From an uncultured virus (IMG/VR IMGVR_UViG_3300031712_000005) (lineage: Duplodnaviria; Heunggongvirae; Uroviricota; Caudoviricetes): a DNA stretch of 64,000 nucleotides. Numbering within the stretch: the stretch's first letter is position 1; every line of letters begins with the position of its first letter. The stretch lies in IMG/VR virus record IMGVR_UViG_3300031712_000005. One strand, given 5' to 3'. The position numbers and the translations under genes are program-made. Of the stretch, positions 19,416 to 29,531 are shown one piece after another. The notes under the pieces are model-generated. The model ran no database searches. It was not told where the DNA came from and saw only the letters and a program-made list of their open reading frames with translations.

Positions 19416-19982
19416 ATGCCATTGGTACCCCTAGCTAATCGTAGATTCCTTGTTGATGTCGACGATGTCCTAGCGGACCTTCGGCCTCGAGTTCTACAGA
19501 TCATCAATAATGTCTCTGGGGGGGTGTATGCGCCCGATGACTTTACAGTTTGGGATTACTTCAGTGTGTTAGACGAAGATCAAAAGAAGCAGGCTTTTCA
19601 GATAATGGGGGCTCCTGGGTTCTGTGCGTCCCTCTCAGTTCTACCTGGGGCCAAGGAAGCAATTCGTGAGTTGCAGGGCCTAGTCAAGGTGCTTGCTGTG
19701 ACTTGGCCGTTTCATAGTGAGTGGTTCGATGAACGTTATGCCTGGCTTGAACGAGAGTTCGGAATGCCAAAAGGGGACGTCTACCTTGCCAGCTCGAAGT
19801 ATGCGGTGGCGGGTAAGTGGTTCTTGGATGACAACTTGGACAACGTTCTAAGTTGGGCTGAAGGAAATCCTTGTATGGAACCAATGCTATGGGATACCAG
19901 GGCTACTAGGGACATGGGCTACGATCATTTGAGAGTCCGTTCATGGGATGAGATCATTGCTAGAGTGAAGTCGAGCTTGTAA
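19416..19982 (+). CDS. 5'(3')-deoxyribonucleotidase (NT5C, HAD)
   Basis: DVDDVLAD, PGAKEAI, LDD. CGGTGTA (19401) 8 nt upstream. Confidence 0.85.
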   Translation: MPLVPLANRRFLVDVDDVLADLRPRVLQIINNVSGGVYAPDDFTVWDYFSVLDEDQKKQAFQIMGAPGFCASLSVLPGAKEAIRELQGLVKVLAVTWPFHSEWFDERYAWLEREFGMPKGDVYLASSKYAVAGKWFLDDNLDNVLSWAEGNPCMEPMLWDTRATRDMGYDHLRVRSWDEIIARVKSSL

Positions 19983-20639
19983 TGCCATTCGTATCTACTG
20001 GGTTCACTGCCCTCGATAGGATGATTGCCGGAGATGGCGATTGCAGGGGGTTCCCTACCGGGGGTTTGAGCTTGCTAGTTGGTGCTCCTGGTAGTGGGAA
20101 AACTACTGTTCTTAAGAAGATCTGTGAACAGGTTCATGATAGAGGCCTCTCAGTTGTGTGGATTGAACCAAACGGGGGTAGCTTGCATAGCTATTCTTCT
20201 AAGTACCCTGTAGTTTCTAACTTAAACTCGGTTGGGGACCTAGCCCACCTCACGTCTAAGCTCTTGCATCCGGGCAACCAAAAGAACAGAGCTAACCTGA
20301 TTGTGGTGGATGAGGTGAGTAAGTTCACTGTTGAGTTAGATGGCTCTATAGCGTCTGTCTCGGTATCTATCCGCTATGTTTCAGGGGGACTTAGGATCAA
20401 CTGCTGTAGTACTTTCTGTTCAACGTATGGGTAGGGTTATTAATGGACCCTCCGTCTCGTTAGGGCATCAGTCGCTACTAACTCTTGAGATATCCAAGAA
20501 TATAGAGAATTACGATTTGAAGCTAGTTAAGTCGATAATGAGTCACGCCGGTGTATCTTGCACGATAAATCCTGGTGACTTGATCGACAGATCAAAGATA
20601 CCAACCCGGTACGAAAGGATACTCCGTGGCAGAGACTAA
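19982..20639 (+). pseudogene. RecA/RadA/KaiC-like ATPase split by a +1 frameshift
   Basis: STGFTALD, GAPGSGKTT and IVVDE in 19982..20434. TAVVLSVQ...LKLVKS continues in the +1 frame (20376..20639). Confidence 0.7.
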
Positions 20640-21633
20640 ACGCCCTACTTCTGAGGCAGCTGAAGCCATACTCGGCGATTACTTCCCCGTTCTCGACCAT
20701 GGGTTCGTTGCTTTGATGGACTACATGGGTACTGATCAGGTAGTACCAACCTGCGCTCGTACGAGCTATGGGCATGGTACCAAGGCTACCAGTAACGACA
20801 CTGGCTTGGTCCGGTATCTCAGACGTCATAAGCACACGAGCCCATTCGAGTTCGTGGAGTTTCACTTCCACTGCTCAATGCCAATCTTCGTTGCTCGCCA
20901 GTGGGTCCGCCATCGAACGGCCTCTATCAATGAGGTGAGTGGACGGTACAGCATCCTCCCGATGTTATTCCACACTCCTGAGGCTGAGCATTTCGCCAAG
21001 CAGTCCCAGAGCAACAAGCAAGGGAGATCTGAAGGGGAAGAGAAAGCACTTCACAGTCAAGCGGTACATCGTTGGGGAGATGTAAGGGACCGAGTTCAAG
21101 AGACCTATGAGTGGCTCATTGCTGAGGATGTGGCGCGCGAGCTGGCTCGGATTGACTTGCCCTTGTCGACATACACTCAGTGGCGTTGGAAGATCGATGG
21201 CCACAACCTGATGCACTTCCTTTCGCTCCGGTGCGATCCTCATGCTCAGTGGGAGATTCGAGTCTTTGCTAACATCATCGCTGGGATACTCGAACGCGGG
21301 TGGCCCTCCTTGTTCTCAGCTTGGGCTGACTACAATTTCAAGGCTCACACTTTTAGTCGTCAAGAGATGCAGATCCTCAGTCTTCTATTGAATAAGACGT
21401 CCACTGGACTCAAGCCTAACATGACTCGCATCAATGGTGCAGCTGTCGGGGTTTCCATCGAGGATATGGTTGAGAGTGGTATAACTAAACGTGAGGTGGA
21501 TGAGTTTACGAGCTCATTCGATGCTACTTTGTATGATGAGCCCCACTTCGAGCTTCCGGAGCCCAAGTCATTTGAGTTCTTCCTACAAGACGCTCAAGCT
21601 GCAGTACCAAAGATTGATGTAAATCATGCCTGA
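20626..21633 (+). CDS. thyX: flavin-dependent thymidylate synthase
   Basis: HTSPFE, RQWVRHRTASINEVSGRY, HAQWEIR. Confidence 0.95.
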   Translation: MAETKRPTSEAAEAILGDYFPVLDHGFVALMDYMGTDQVVPTCARTSYGHGTKATSNDTGLVRYLRRHKHTSPFEFVEFHFHCSMPIFVARQWVRHRTASINEVSGRYSILPMLFHTPEAEHFAKQSQSNKQGRSEGEEKALHSQAVHRWGDVRDRVQETYEWLIAEDVARELARIDLPLSTYTQWRWKIDGHNLMHFLSLRCDPHAQWEIRVFANIIAGILERGWPSLFSAWADYNFKAHTFSRQEMQILSLLLNKTSTGLKPNMTRINGAAVGVSIEDMVESGITKREVDEFTSSFDATLYDEPHFELPEPKSFEFFLQDAQAAVPKIDVNHA

Positions 21634-22102
21634 GTTGACTATTGAAGAGCTGAGGACTAATGCTGAAACTCAGAAGCACGTTGACCTAGTTCGTATGCTT
21701 CTAAAGGACTTTGCAATTCAACTCTTGGATCGTGGCGTGGAGCACGACCACTCCAAGTTCTCTGAAGCAGAGTTACCAGTGTTCACTGAATATACAGGCA
21801 AACTCAAAGGTACCACCTATGGTAGTGATGAGTACAAGCAGTACTTAGCCGAGATGAAGCCGGCTCTTGATCACCACTATGCAAATAATAGGCATCATCC
21901 AGAGCATTTTGAACATGGCATCCGGGACATGACTCTGGTGGACCTGGTTGAGATGCTTCTCGACTGGTGGGCGTCTACCCAGCGTCACGAGGATGGTGAC
22001 ATCTTCCGGAGTATCACCTTGAATGAGAAGCGTTTCAACATTCCCCCAGAGCTATCGGACATTTTCCGAAACACTATCACGTCGTTTATTCTTGGAAAGT
22101 AG
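21626..22102 (+). CDS. DUF5662-like (HD-related) protein
   Basis: HDHSK, HHYANNRHHPEH, EMLLDW. Confidence 0.75.
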   Translation: MPELTIEELRTNAETQKHVDLVRMLLKDFAIQLLDRGVEHDHSKFSEAELPVFTEYTGKLKGTTYGSDEYKQYLAEMKPALDHHYANNRHHPEHFEHGIRDMTLVDLVEMLLDWWASTQRHEDGDIFRSITLNEKRFNIPPELSDIFRNTITSFILGK

Positions 22103-22104
22103 TC

Positions 22105-22536
22105 TTGTTTCTAAACTCTGCTCGAATGCTACACGAAGCGATGCAGTTGGCCCTTAAAGGGTCAAAGGTATTTGTGTCGTGTAAGGACAACACTCACGGG
22201 CACGAGCTAGCTAAGAACACCATCACCGCGACAGCTTCGATATTCCTCCTGATCGAACATCCACAGTTTTGCAACCATAGCCCATTTGGGATTGGGTGGT
22301 CGGTCAAGTATCGGAATAACAATGGTGAGATCTTCTTCTCAAACTCTGAACCAACCAAGAGTGACTACTTTGACAACTTCTTCGTCTTTGCACCTTATTG
22401 GGAGCTGGTCTGCGCGGAGTTGGAAGATAAGGGGAAGCTACAAGAACCAGAACCTAAGTGGGTGATTGATACTTCGTTAGTACGAGAGCCCGTATACGTA
22501 CCAACCCGGTACGAACGGATCATGGCTAGGTGGTAG
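22105..22536 (+). CDS. hypothetical protein ending PTRYERIMARW
   Basis: ORF in operon context. Confidence 0.65.
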   Translation: MFLNSARMLHEAMQLALKGSKVFVSCKDNTHGHELAKNTITATASIFLLIEHPQFCNHSPFGIGWSVKYRNNNGEIFFSNSEPTKSDYFDNFFVFAPYWELVCAELEDKGKLQEPEPKWVIDTSLVREPVYVPTRYERIMARW

Positions 22537-22546
22537 GGGACTCGAC

Positions 22547-22900
22547 ATGGGCTATTTTGCAGTAAGCACCCAGAATCAGTCTGATCGGTATCTGATCAAG
22601 GATATCATTGAAGTAGCTACCTCATCTGGCTATTTGTTCTCACATATTGAGGTGTTCGACAAGTTCAAGCTAGGTATCATTGAGTTCTGCCGTTTCAACA
22701 TCAACAAGGATGTGGCTCCACTACTCGACGCTTTGCTCCAGAGTGGAAGGGGCGTAATTGGGCAAGACCTGAGTGGGTTCCTGGTTAGAATGCCGAATAA
22801 AACCGCTAAGATACCCATCTCACTCATGCAATCTGCACCAAGAACACGTAGTATGTATAGGGGGAACAAAGATCCCTATTGGGCTCGACAGTTTGAGTAA
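22547..22900 (+). CDS. hypothetical protein
   Basis: GGGA RBS, 117 aa. Confidence 0.65.
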   Translation: MGYFAVSTQNQSDRYLIKDIIEVATSSGYLFSHIEVFDKFKLGIIEFCRFNINKDVAPLLDALLQSGRGVIGQDLSGFLVRMPNKTAKIPISLMQSAPRTRSMYRGNKDPYWARQFE

Positions 22901-22975
22901 CCTCTTATTGACTATCCTTGGTAGTAATCTCTGGCGCTCGACGGTCAGGGGCAACTGGTCCAAGGAGAGTTCCTC

Positions 22976-24697
22976 GTGTTTTGGATTTACGCAGTCTCCA
23001 AGAGAAGGAAGGCACCGATTGACGTCGATGACCTAGACGACCAGTCTGAGGTCATCGAAGCCATAAAGGACTTGGATTCTGGGCTGGCCATTGGGAAACG
23101 AGGGCGCAGCAGTCAGTACTGGCCGAAGATCAGAGAGCGCCTGCTCAAGTATTCTTCAACTGAGGACGTTGAAGAGGCCATGCTGGAGTGGGAGGACGAT
23201 GGTCTCCCCTACAAGAGTGAGGGTGGGTGCTGCGAGCTTTGTGACAAGACTCCTATCAAGTACCGATTCCCCATCAAGAATCGAATCACTGGTAGTCGAT
23301 TGGTAGTTGGTAGCGAGTGCATCTACAACTACTTGCAGATCGATGGCTACGAGGGGCCCGAGATTCTTCGACAGAAGCTGGTAGCTCAGCTCAACTTTCT
23401 GAAGAAACAGGAGCGTGGCGAGGTTGAAGAGGGCGCCAAGCTCGAAGATGTCTCCGGGGTATTCCTCACTGAGGGTAAGGTCAGGAGGATCATATCCAGT
23501 ATCGCCGGTGGGGAGCCTGACCTGGACCCAGGTGAGTACAAGGAGTCCCTACAAGAGGTACTCCATATCTGCAATCACCTTGGGATTAAGAACGCTACTG
23601 TTCAAGCCTCTCAGCAATCCTTGATTGCCATCTCCAAGGTCATCAAATTCATAGTCCCCATTCAGAAAAAGCAGAAAGTCACTGGTGCAGGACTGGCTGC
23701 CGTCGTTTCAGCTATTATGTCCAAGCGTAAGGCTGAGGACCGATTGAGTGTTCTTGGCGAGTACCTTGGGCTACTCAACTCGGTAGCCCAGTTCGGACCC
23801 TCCAGAGAGGTAATCACACGCTCGTGGGGCGCTGTCTCTCAAAAACGAGACAGCCTCCTAGGGCTCATTGTCAAGAAGTGTGACGCTGGCAAGGCCCAAC
23901 TCAATGCGGACTATCGTTTTGAGTTGGAGATGGCGAGCCCCTATCGACAACTGAGGGGCTTCATTGAAGCGGGTATCGAGAAGCAGAAGTCAAACTTCGA
24001 TGCCCAAGTGACTACTGTTCGTAAGGCTCTAGGGGCAGACAACTTCGTCGAGTTGATTCAAGACGGATCCTCTGCGTTGACTCAAGCTCTTAATCTAGAC
24101 TTTTTCCCAGATCTGAATAACTCAGATGACGCTACTCAACAAGCAGCGGCTCAGGTCTGTGCCTTCATCAATCGAGTAACCAATGGGGATATCCGCAAGG
24201 TAACCTCAACAATTGAGCAGCTGTACAACCTAGTGGGTGACATTAAGGATATTGCCGGCGCCAAGGTAGCATTGCTACGAGCCGCTGATGACTCCATAGT
24301 GGACGCTGATGTAGCTGGTAGTAAGGCTGTAGACGAGTTTGCAAGGCTAACATCCCTCAAGGATAGAGCAGTACTGGCACTGATCGAAGAAGAAGTCGAT
24401 GAGGTTGCGGATCTCGTAAGAGAGACCAGCGGAATGCGAGCCTTCGAGAAGATGAGTCAGGACTTGGAGTTTGACGTCCAAGCAGTATTCAAGCTTTATT
24501 CAAGCAAGATCGACCTCGAAAAGGACTTCTGCTCAGACATCTTCAATCGTTGGAAGAGTGATAGGATTCAAAGCCTAACCCCTAGCCAGATGAGCAACAT
24601 CCGAAAGAAGATGATGGGTGGGCGCAAGGAAGTTAAGGATTCGATGTGGGGTGCTTTGAAGTCAGACTTGATGTCCAAGTTCTCAGTTGTTAGGTGA
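22976..24697 (+). CDS. large hypothetical protein with Zn-ribbon
   Basis: CELC...I.N..TG...VGSECI, then helical body. AAGGAG RBS. Confidence 0.75.
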   Translation: MFWIYAVSKRRKAPIDVDDLDDQSEVIEAIKDLDSGLAIGKRGRSSQYWPKIRERLLKYSSTEDVEEAMLEWEDDGLPYKSEGGCCELCDKTPIKYRFPIKNRITGSRLVVGSECIYNYLQIDGYEGPEILRQKLVAQLNFLKKQERGEVEEGAKLEDVSGVFLTEGKVRRIISSIAGGEPDLDPGEYKESLQEVLHICNHLGIKNATVQASQQSLIAISKVIKFIVPIQKKQKVTGAGLAAVVSAIMSKRKAEDRLSVLGEYLGLLNSVAQFGPSREVITRSWGAVSQKRDSLLGLIVKKCDAGKAQLNADYRFELEMASPYRQLRGFIEAGIEKQKSNFDAQVTTVRKALGADNFVELIQDGSSALTQALNLDFFPDLNNSDDATQQAAAQVCAFINRVTNGDIRKVTSTIEQLYNLVGDIKDIAGAKVALLRAADDSIVDADVAGSKAVDEFARLTSLKDRAVLALIEEEVDEVADLVRETSGMRAFEKMSQDLEFDVQAVFKLYSSKIDLEKDFCSDIFNRWKSDRIQSLTPSQMSNIRKKMMGGRKEVKDSMWGALKSDLMSKFSVVR

Positions 24698-25290
24698 GGT
24701 ATGCTATGGATGACCTGTTGATTGGATTCGAAGACGCATTAATCACTCAGAATGTATCCTACCGGTATGCCTTTGCCAAGAAAGCTGACATCGCTGAGGT
24801 ATTTGGCGTGTTCGACAAGGAGCTGACCAAGTTCCCAAAGAAGACTGGTTGGTGGGACCCTCCAAGGAATATAGCCATCAATAGTGCACTCATGGGCATC
24901 AACTTGTGGGTTTTTTCTATTCTACCCTCACAATTTGGTAAGAGAGCCTACCGCTCCGCTACAGATCGATTACCAGAAGGTATAGTTCTTCATCCAAATT
25001 GGCACCCCTACAATAATAAGGTCTACCCAGATAGCAACATTGAGCTAGCTGAAAAGCTGGTCAAGGTGGTTAAGGGTATTGGGGTCAAGCTGCAGGATAC
25101 AGTGGTCGAGGAACTTCGATCTATCGAGACCAAGTTCTCGGTCAAGATCCCAGACTTTATCGAGTCGAAGCTGAAGCTTGAGGTCGTGAAGATTGCCACT
25201 CGCCGGTGGAGTACCAACCGACTCAAGACCAAGGACACTCTCATCCCCTTCGACGGTAGCAAGGCCATTGAGTTAGGGGCTTTTGACTGA
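24694..25290 (+). CDS. hypothetical protein
   Basis: 198 aa. NVSYRY variant motif near the N-terminus. Confidence 0.7.
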   Translation: MRYAMDDLLIGFEDALITQNVSYRYAFAKKADIAEVFGVFDKELTKFPKKTGWWDPPRNIAINSALMGINLWVFSILPSQFGKRAYRSATDRLPEGIVLHPNWHPYNNKVYPDSNIELAEKLVKVVKGIGVKLQDTVVEELRSIETKFSVKIPDFIESKLKLEVVKIATRRWSTNRLKTKDTLIPFDGSKAIELGAFD

Positions 25291-26051
25291 TGAAAGTAGC
25301 AGCCGTACAGTTCTGTCCGGTATTCAAGGACAAGAGAGCAAACCTGCTTCGGTTGGCTAAGCTTGTCATTGAAGCGGCAACCAATGGGGCCAAGCTAGTA
25401 GTCCTCCCTGAGCTGGCTTCGGTTGGTTACTCCCTCATGGATGAAGACGAGGCTCGGCCCTTTGCGGAGAGTCTTGCTTGGTTGGAGGATGCGGATGCAC
25501 TCAATCCAGAGTCAGACCTGTACGTGTACAGTATGCTGTCTCGTCAGCTTGATATCTGTATCGTTGCTGGGTTCATCGAGTTGGATCAGGGTACCCACAA
25601 GATCTACAATTCACAGTTGTACTACGAACCCAGTGGGTACTTCGATAGTTACCGCAAGATCAACTTCTTTGGCAACGACTTTCTGTGGGCATCTAAAGGG
25701 ATGTCCAACCCACCAGTAATCAAGTGCCAGTTCGAGGACAAGCGTGTTGGTCTTCTCATTTGTCGTGACGTCAGGGATAAGAAAGACGACAAGTGGAACA
25801 GTTTTTATGAGCCTGGTGACGCTGACATCGTTACCCTGAGCGCCAACTGGGGTGATGGTGGGTTCCCAGCCATCAGTTGGATGGAGTTCGCTGAGGAGAA
25901 CAAGGTAACTCTTGTAGTCTCGAATCGTCATGGGTACGAGTGCCCCAATGATTTTGGCGAGGGTGGAGTTTGCATCATCGAGAAGAATGGCAAAGTTCAT
26001 TGCAAGGGCCTCAAGTGGAATGAGGATTGCATCGTCTACGCTGAGGTGTGA
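25290..26051 (+). CDS. carbon-nitrogen hydrolase (nitrilase superfamily)
   Basis: E-K-C triad: LPEL, YRK, LICRD. Confidence 0.9.
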   Translation: MKVAAVQFCPVFKDKRANLLRLAKLVIEAATNGAKLVVLPELASVGYSLMDEDEARPFAESLAWLEDADALNPESDLYVYSMLSRQLDICIVAGFIELDQGTHKIYNSQLYYEPSGYFDSYRKINFFGNDFLWASKGMSNPPVIKCQFEDKRVGLLICRDVRDKKDDKWNSFYEPGDADIVTLSANWGDGGFPAISWMEFAEENKVTLVVSNRHGYECPNDFGEGGVCIIEKNGKVHCKGLKWNEDCIVYAEV

Positions 26052-26054
26052 CCT

Positions 26055-26189
26055 GTGCGCCTGCGCCAGGTTGAGTACTTCAAGCACAAGAGCTCGGATC
26101 AATTCATATCAGTTGGCCGGTACCTATCTTACGAGATCACCGCCAAAGTAGCTCAGAGATTTATCTGTAAATTCAGAGCTAATCCTTGA
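26055..26189 (+). CDS. 44-aa small ORF (not in track) with RLRQVEYFKHK and KVAQRF
   Basis: Hand translation: VRLRQVEYFKHKSSDQFISVGRYLSYEITAKVAQRFICKFRANP. Confidence 0.5.
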   Translation: MRLRQVEYFKHKSSDQFISVGRYLSYEITAKVAQRFICKFRANP

Positions 26190-26224
26190 TTCTAGAGCTC
26201 CTCCTGGTGTAGTATTGCCCCTCT

Positions 26225-27487
26225 ATGCCAGTTCCGTCTGAAATCAGTCGTTGTAGTTTTTGCGACCGCCCAAGCAATATTTGTGGACACTTGATAGCAG
26301 CTACTGACCAGGGTCCGTATATTTGCCAGAGTTGTTCCACCGACTGTAGCACTCAGTTCAATGAGGCCAAGGAGGCGGGTGTAATCCATGAGCCCGAGCC
26401 AGAGGTGCTACTCAAGCCTCATGAGATCAAAGCTCACCTTGACCAATACGTGATTGGGCAGGAATCCGCCAAGATAGCAATATCTACGGCAGTTTACAAC
26501 CACTATAAGCGGAGAAACCTCAAGAAAGAGGACGTTAAAGAGGGGGACGTCGAGATCGACAAGAGCAATATCCTACTCTTGGGGCCATCCGGTAGCGGAA
26601 AGACTCACATATTCAGGACGTTAGCTCGGATGCTGAACGTACCTTTCCACGTAGGTGACGCTACTACATTGACTCAAGCGGGGTACGTCGGAGATGACGT
26701 CGAGAGTCTGATTCAGGGGCTGATACTCAACTCGGGTGGGGATGTTGAGCGGTCTCAATGGGGGATCGTCCTCATTGATGAGGTCGACAAGATTGCGCGC
26801 GGTAGCGGTCGGGACCGCTCCGGGTATCGAGATGTATCCGGTGAGGGTGTTCAGCAGGCACTTCTCAAACTCCTCGAAGGGACCAAGGCGCGAGTACCGC
26901 GCGGGATCAATAAGATGGGCGGCGGGTTGATGCAGACCATTGACATTGTGGATACTACGAACATCCTGTTCGTATGTGCGGGCTCCTTTGATGGGATTCA
27001 AGAGATCATTGGAAGACGAATCAACAAGCTAGCAGCAGTTGGATTTGGTGCAGTATCTAGGGAAAAAGTTGACATTACGCGAGCTTATGAGGGCGTGACC
27101 GAGGAGGACATCCTGGAGTTCGGGATCATCCCAGAGATGGTAGGGCGTCTACCAGTCCTAACAAGCACCATCGAGTTGACTGAGGACCAGATGATTCAAG
27201 TCCTCACCGAACCCAAAAATAGTATCATACGACAGATGAAACGTCTGTTCGAGATCGATGGGATCAAGTTGGACTTCAGTGAAGGGTCTTTGAGAAAGAT
27301 CGCACAAGAGGCCAAGAAACGCAAGACTGGAGCTCGTGCGTTGAGGTCAATTGTGGAGTTGGCTCTCAAACAATTGTCATTTGACGCGCCAAGTAACCCG
27401 CTAGTTGAGGCTATCACAGTTACTGAGGATACTGTGACTAATGGAACTGGGTTGTTGACCCTACGGGAGCAAACTCTATCAGCTTGA
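26225..27487 (+). CDS. clpX: ATP-dependent Clp protease ATP-binding subunit ClpX
   Basis: C4 Zn finger, [31 protein letters not shown] loop, TGARALR. Confidence 0.95.
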   Translation: MPVPSEISRCSFCDRPSNICGHLIAATDQGPYICQSCSTDCSTQFNEAKEAGVIHEPEPEVLLKPHEIKAHLDQYVIGQESAKIAISTAVYNHYKRRNLKKEDVKEGDVEIDKSNILLLGPSGSGKTHIFRTLARMLNVPFHVGDATTLTQAGYVGDDVESLIQGLILNSGGDVERSQWGIVLIDEVDKIARGSGRDRSGYRDVSGEGVQQALLKLLEGTKARVPRGINKMGGGLMQTIDIVDTTNILFVCAGSFDGIQEIIGRRINKLAAVGFGAVSREKVDITRAYEGVTEEDILEFGIIPEMVGRLPVLTSTIELTEDQMIQVLTEPKNSIIRQMKRLFEIDGIKLDFSEGSLRKIAQEAKKRKTGARALRSIVELALKQLSFDAPSNPLVEAITVTEDTVTNGTGLLTLREQTLSA

Positions 27488-27513
27488 TCCTTTGATAGCC
27501 CGCGTATGGTTGG

Positions 27514-28755
27514 ATGTCTTACAAGACCACCCGCGCGAATTCGGCCAGTGATCAGGTACTGAGCCTCCGTGTAGCTACACGGTTCCAGAAGATTGCCATA
27601 GGTGATGATTCTGAGGAAGAGTCACATTCTAGTGGACCCCCACCTCGTTGGAAGGAGTGGCTAGACGCTACTCAGGATGGCGGCAAGAAGTTAGTTTCCA
27701 ACCCGAATCCTGACCCTTTGTCGCGGCAACGACACCCACAAGTTTCATTCAGCACTGCCCTCAAGAACCCCCACTTCAGAGAGAAGGCGGTCGAGGCGTT
27801 TAAGGCTTGGATGGAGAAGTCTCAAAGTAAGGGGAAGGGTGGGACTAAACCGAGGGGTGAAGCCCCCCAAGATCGTGAAACCCCTGAGAGTCCTAAGAAG
27901 AATTGGAAGCAACGACTAGAGGGACTCGGTGATAAGGCACGAGACTTCGTTGCAAAGGCCCCAAAAGAGGTTAAGAGGTTCCTGGAGGATGATGGTTTCC
28001 GTCGCAAAACTCTGCAGGGTATCCACAAGTCCCTAGTAACTGCACCTGAGAAGTTTGCCAAGGGTGTGGTGAATACTGTCAAGCACGAGGTCCACGAGTA
28101 CAAGGAAGCCAGCCACGGTATCGCCTCAGCTCTTCGTGGTAAGAAGATGAGTGCGGGCCAGAAGAAGGCAGTCAAGACTGTGGCTACTCACCTAGCCATT
28201 GGGATTGCTGCAGCAGCTTTGACCTCTAGTGGGCCATTAGGTGCGGCTGGTGCACTCATCAAAGGGATGTCACGCCACATCGCTCTGAAGGCAGTCTCGC
28301 GCGCTATGGGGCATCTTCATGTTCTGGATGAGCTAGGTCACATAGGGCACGGAGTTGAAGGTCTGATGTCCCACTTGGCATCGACAGGCAACCCGCAGGT
28401 CATGTTGTTCCGGTACGCTGAGGAAGCTTCCAAGGGTGGCGAGCCTGACACTGATGAGGTGTTAGGTAACTTCATCACAGCATCGGTAGCCAAGGAGTTG
28501 GAGAACTTCGATGATGATGCTCTGGACTCATCCTTGGGTTACTTGGATGAGGGTGACGACGAGTCTACAGAGGAAGAGCCTGCAGAAGACGAAGAGTCCA
28601 CCACAGAAGAGCCAGTCGGTGACGACGAAGATGTTGTGAAGATTGACTTGTCTGGAGTTAGTGAGATCTGGTTCGTCAAGAATAATGATGGGGGGTCCGA
28701 GAAGGTTGCTTCCATCGATATCATCTCGAGAGTGGTTAGGCGGTACAGAGGTTAA
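27514..28755 (+). CDS. hypothetical (candidate virion-internal) protein with RVATRF and RVVRRY motifs
   Basis: 413 aa, basic middle and acidic tail. Confidence 0.75.
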   Translation: MSYKTTRANSASDQVLSLRVATRFQKIAIGDDSEEESHSSGPPPRWKEWLDATQDGGKKLVSNPNPDPLSRQRHPQVSFSTALKNPHFREKAVEAFKAWMEKSQSKGKGGTKPRGEAPQDRETPESPKKNWKQRLEGLGDKARDFVAKAPKEVKRFLEDDGFRRKTLQGIHKSLVTAPEKFAKGVVNTVKHEVHEYKEASHGIASALRGKKMSAGQKKAVKTVATHLAIGIAAAALTSSGPLGAAGALIKGMSRHIALKAVSRAMGHLHVLDELGHIGHGVEGLMSHLASTGNPQVMLFRYAEEASKGGEPDTDEVLGNFITASVAKELENFDDDALDSSLGYLDEGDDESTEEEPAEDEESTTEEPVGDDEDVVKIDLSGVSEIWFVKNNDGGSEKVASIDIISRVVRRYRG

Positions 28756-28756
28756 T

Positions 28757-29038
28757 ATGGAAAATCTTGATCCAGTCCGAGAGTTTGAAAACGCAGTACT
28801 TGCCTCAAAAGTGGCATCCCGTTTTGCAACCGCTCCCCCTAAGAGGATTACTAGACTAAACCAGCTCAATGCTCGTGGGGTGACTGATATCACGGCTGAT
28901 ACTGAGGTAGACATTCCTGGTTGCCATATCGAGTGGGACGGGAACGGTCGGGATCAGAAGGCAGTAGGAGCACGTTGGACACTCCGTGCAGATTCAAACG
29001 ATGCTCGCTTGCGAGATCTAGTTATTGTAAAGGGGTAA
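28757..29038 (+). CDS. hypothetical protein (KVASRF motif)
   Basis: ATG 28757 with GAGG RBS, inside track ORF 28643..29038. Confidence 0.65.
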   Translation: MENLDPVREFENAVLASKVASRFATAPPKRITRLNQLNARGVTDITADTEVDIPGCHIEWDGNGRDQKAVGARWTLRADSNDARLRDLVIVKG

Positions 29039-29044
29039 TAACAA

Positions 29045-29521
29045 ATGCCTAGCCCAGTAGATAAGTACTTCAAAGAAGTCAAGAAAAGCAACCCGGGGTA
29101 TAGTGATGAACAGGCTTGGGCAACCGCTTGGTCCATCTACTGCAAGCACAAGAATCCTGGCTCTCCGAGTTGTCACAAGCCGACAGAGGAATACCTGAAG
29201 AAGGAAGCTGCAGCTCAACCCCTCCTTGGATTCTACAACGCTCTGCTTGTTAAGAGAGTTGCTTCCAAGTATATGGAAGCGATGTCTCTTCCGGAAGACC
29301 TGGAATCCAAGTTAGTCGAGTGGAGGCGGGATAAGGATCGCCTATTAGATTCGGTCTCCCAGGAATTGGCTGGAGTTGATAACCTACTTGATGACTTCAA
29401 TGACATCAATCGCAAGATTCGTGACCGTGAACTCAGGCGGCTCATCACTGACGATGTACATGATGCTGACAGCCTATTGAAGGTAGTCGAGGACTTCGGT
29501 GAGCTTGGAATTGTGATCTGA
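29045..29521 (+). CDS. ChaB-like N-terminal domain protein (RVASKY motif)
   Basis: DEQAWATAWSIY resembles the ChaB AxxxAW signature. Confidence 0.6.
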   Translation: MPSPVDKYFKEVKKSNPGYSDEQAWATAWSIYCKHKNPGSPSCHKPTEEYLKKEAAAQPLLGFYNALLVKRVASKYMEAMSLPEDLESKLVEWRRDKDRLLDSVSQELAGVDNLLDDFNDINRKIRDRELRRLITDDVHDADSLLKVVEDFGELGIVI

Positions 29522-29531
29522 GTCTGGAGAA

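Noticed and set aside
20549..20555. CGGTGTA inside the RecA-like tail (also TGGTGTA near 36430 and 48641)
   Set aside because: Not at the typical distance from a start. 20549 might serve thyX but was not counted.
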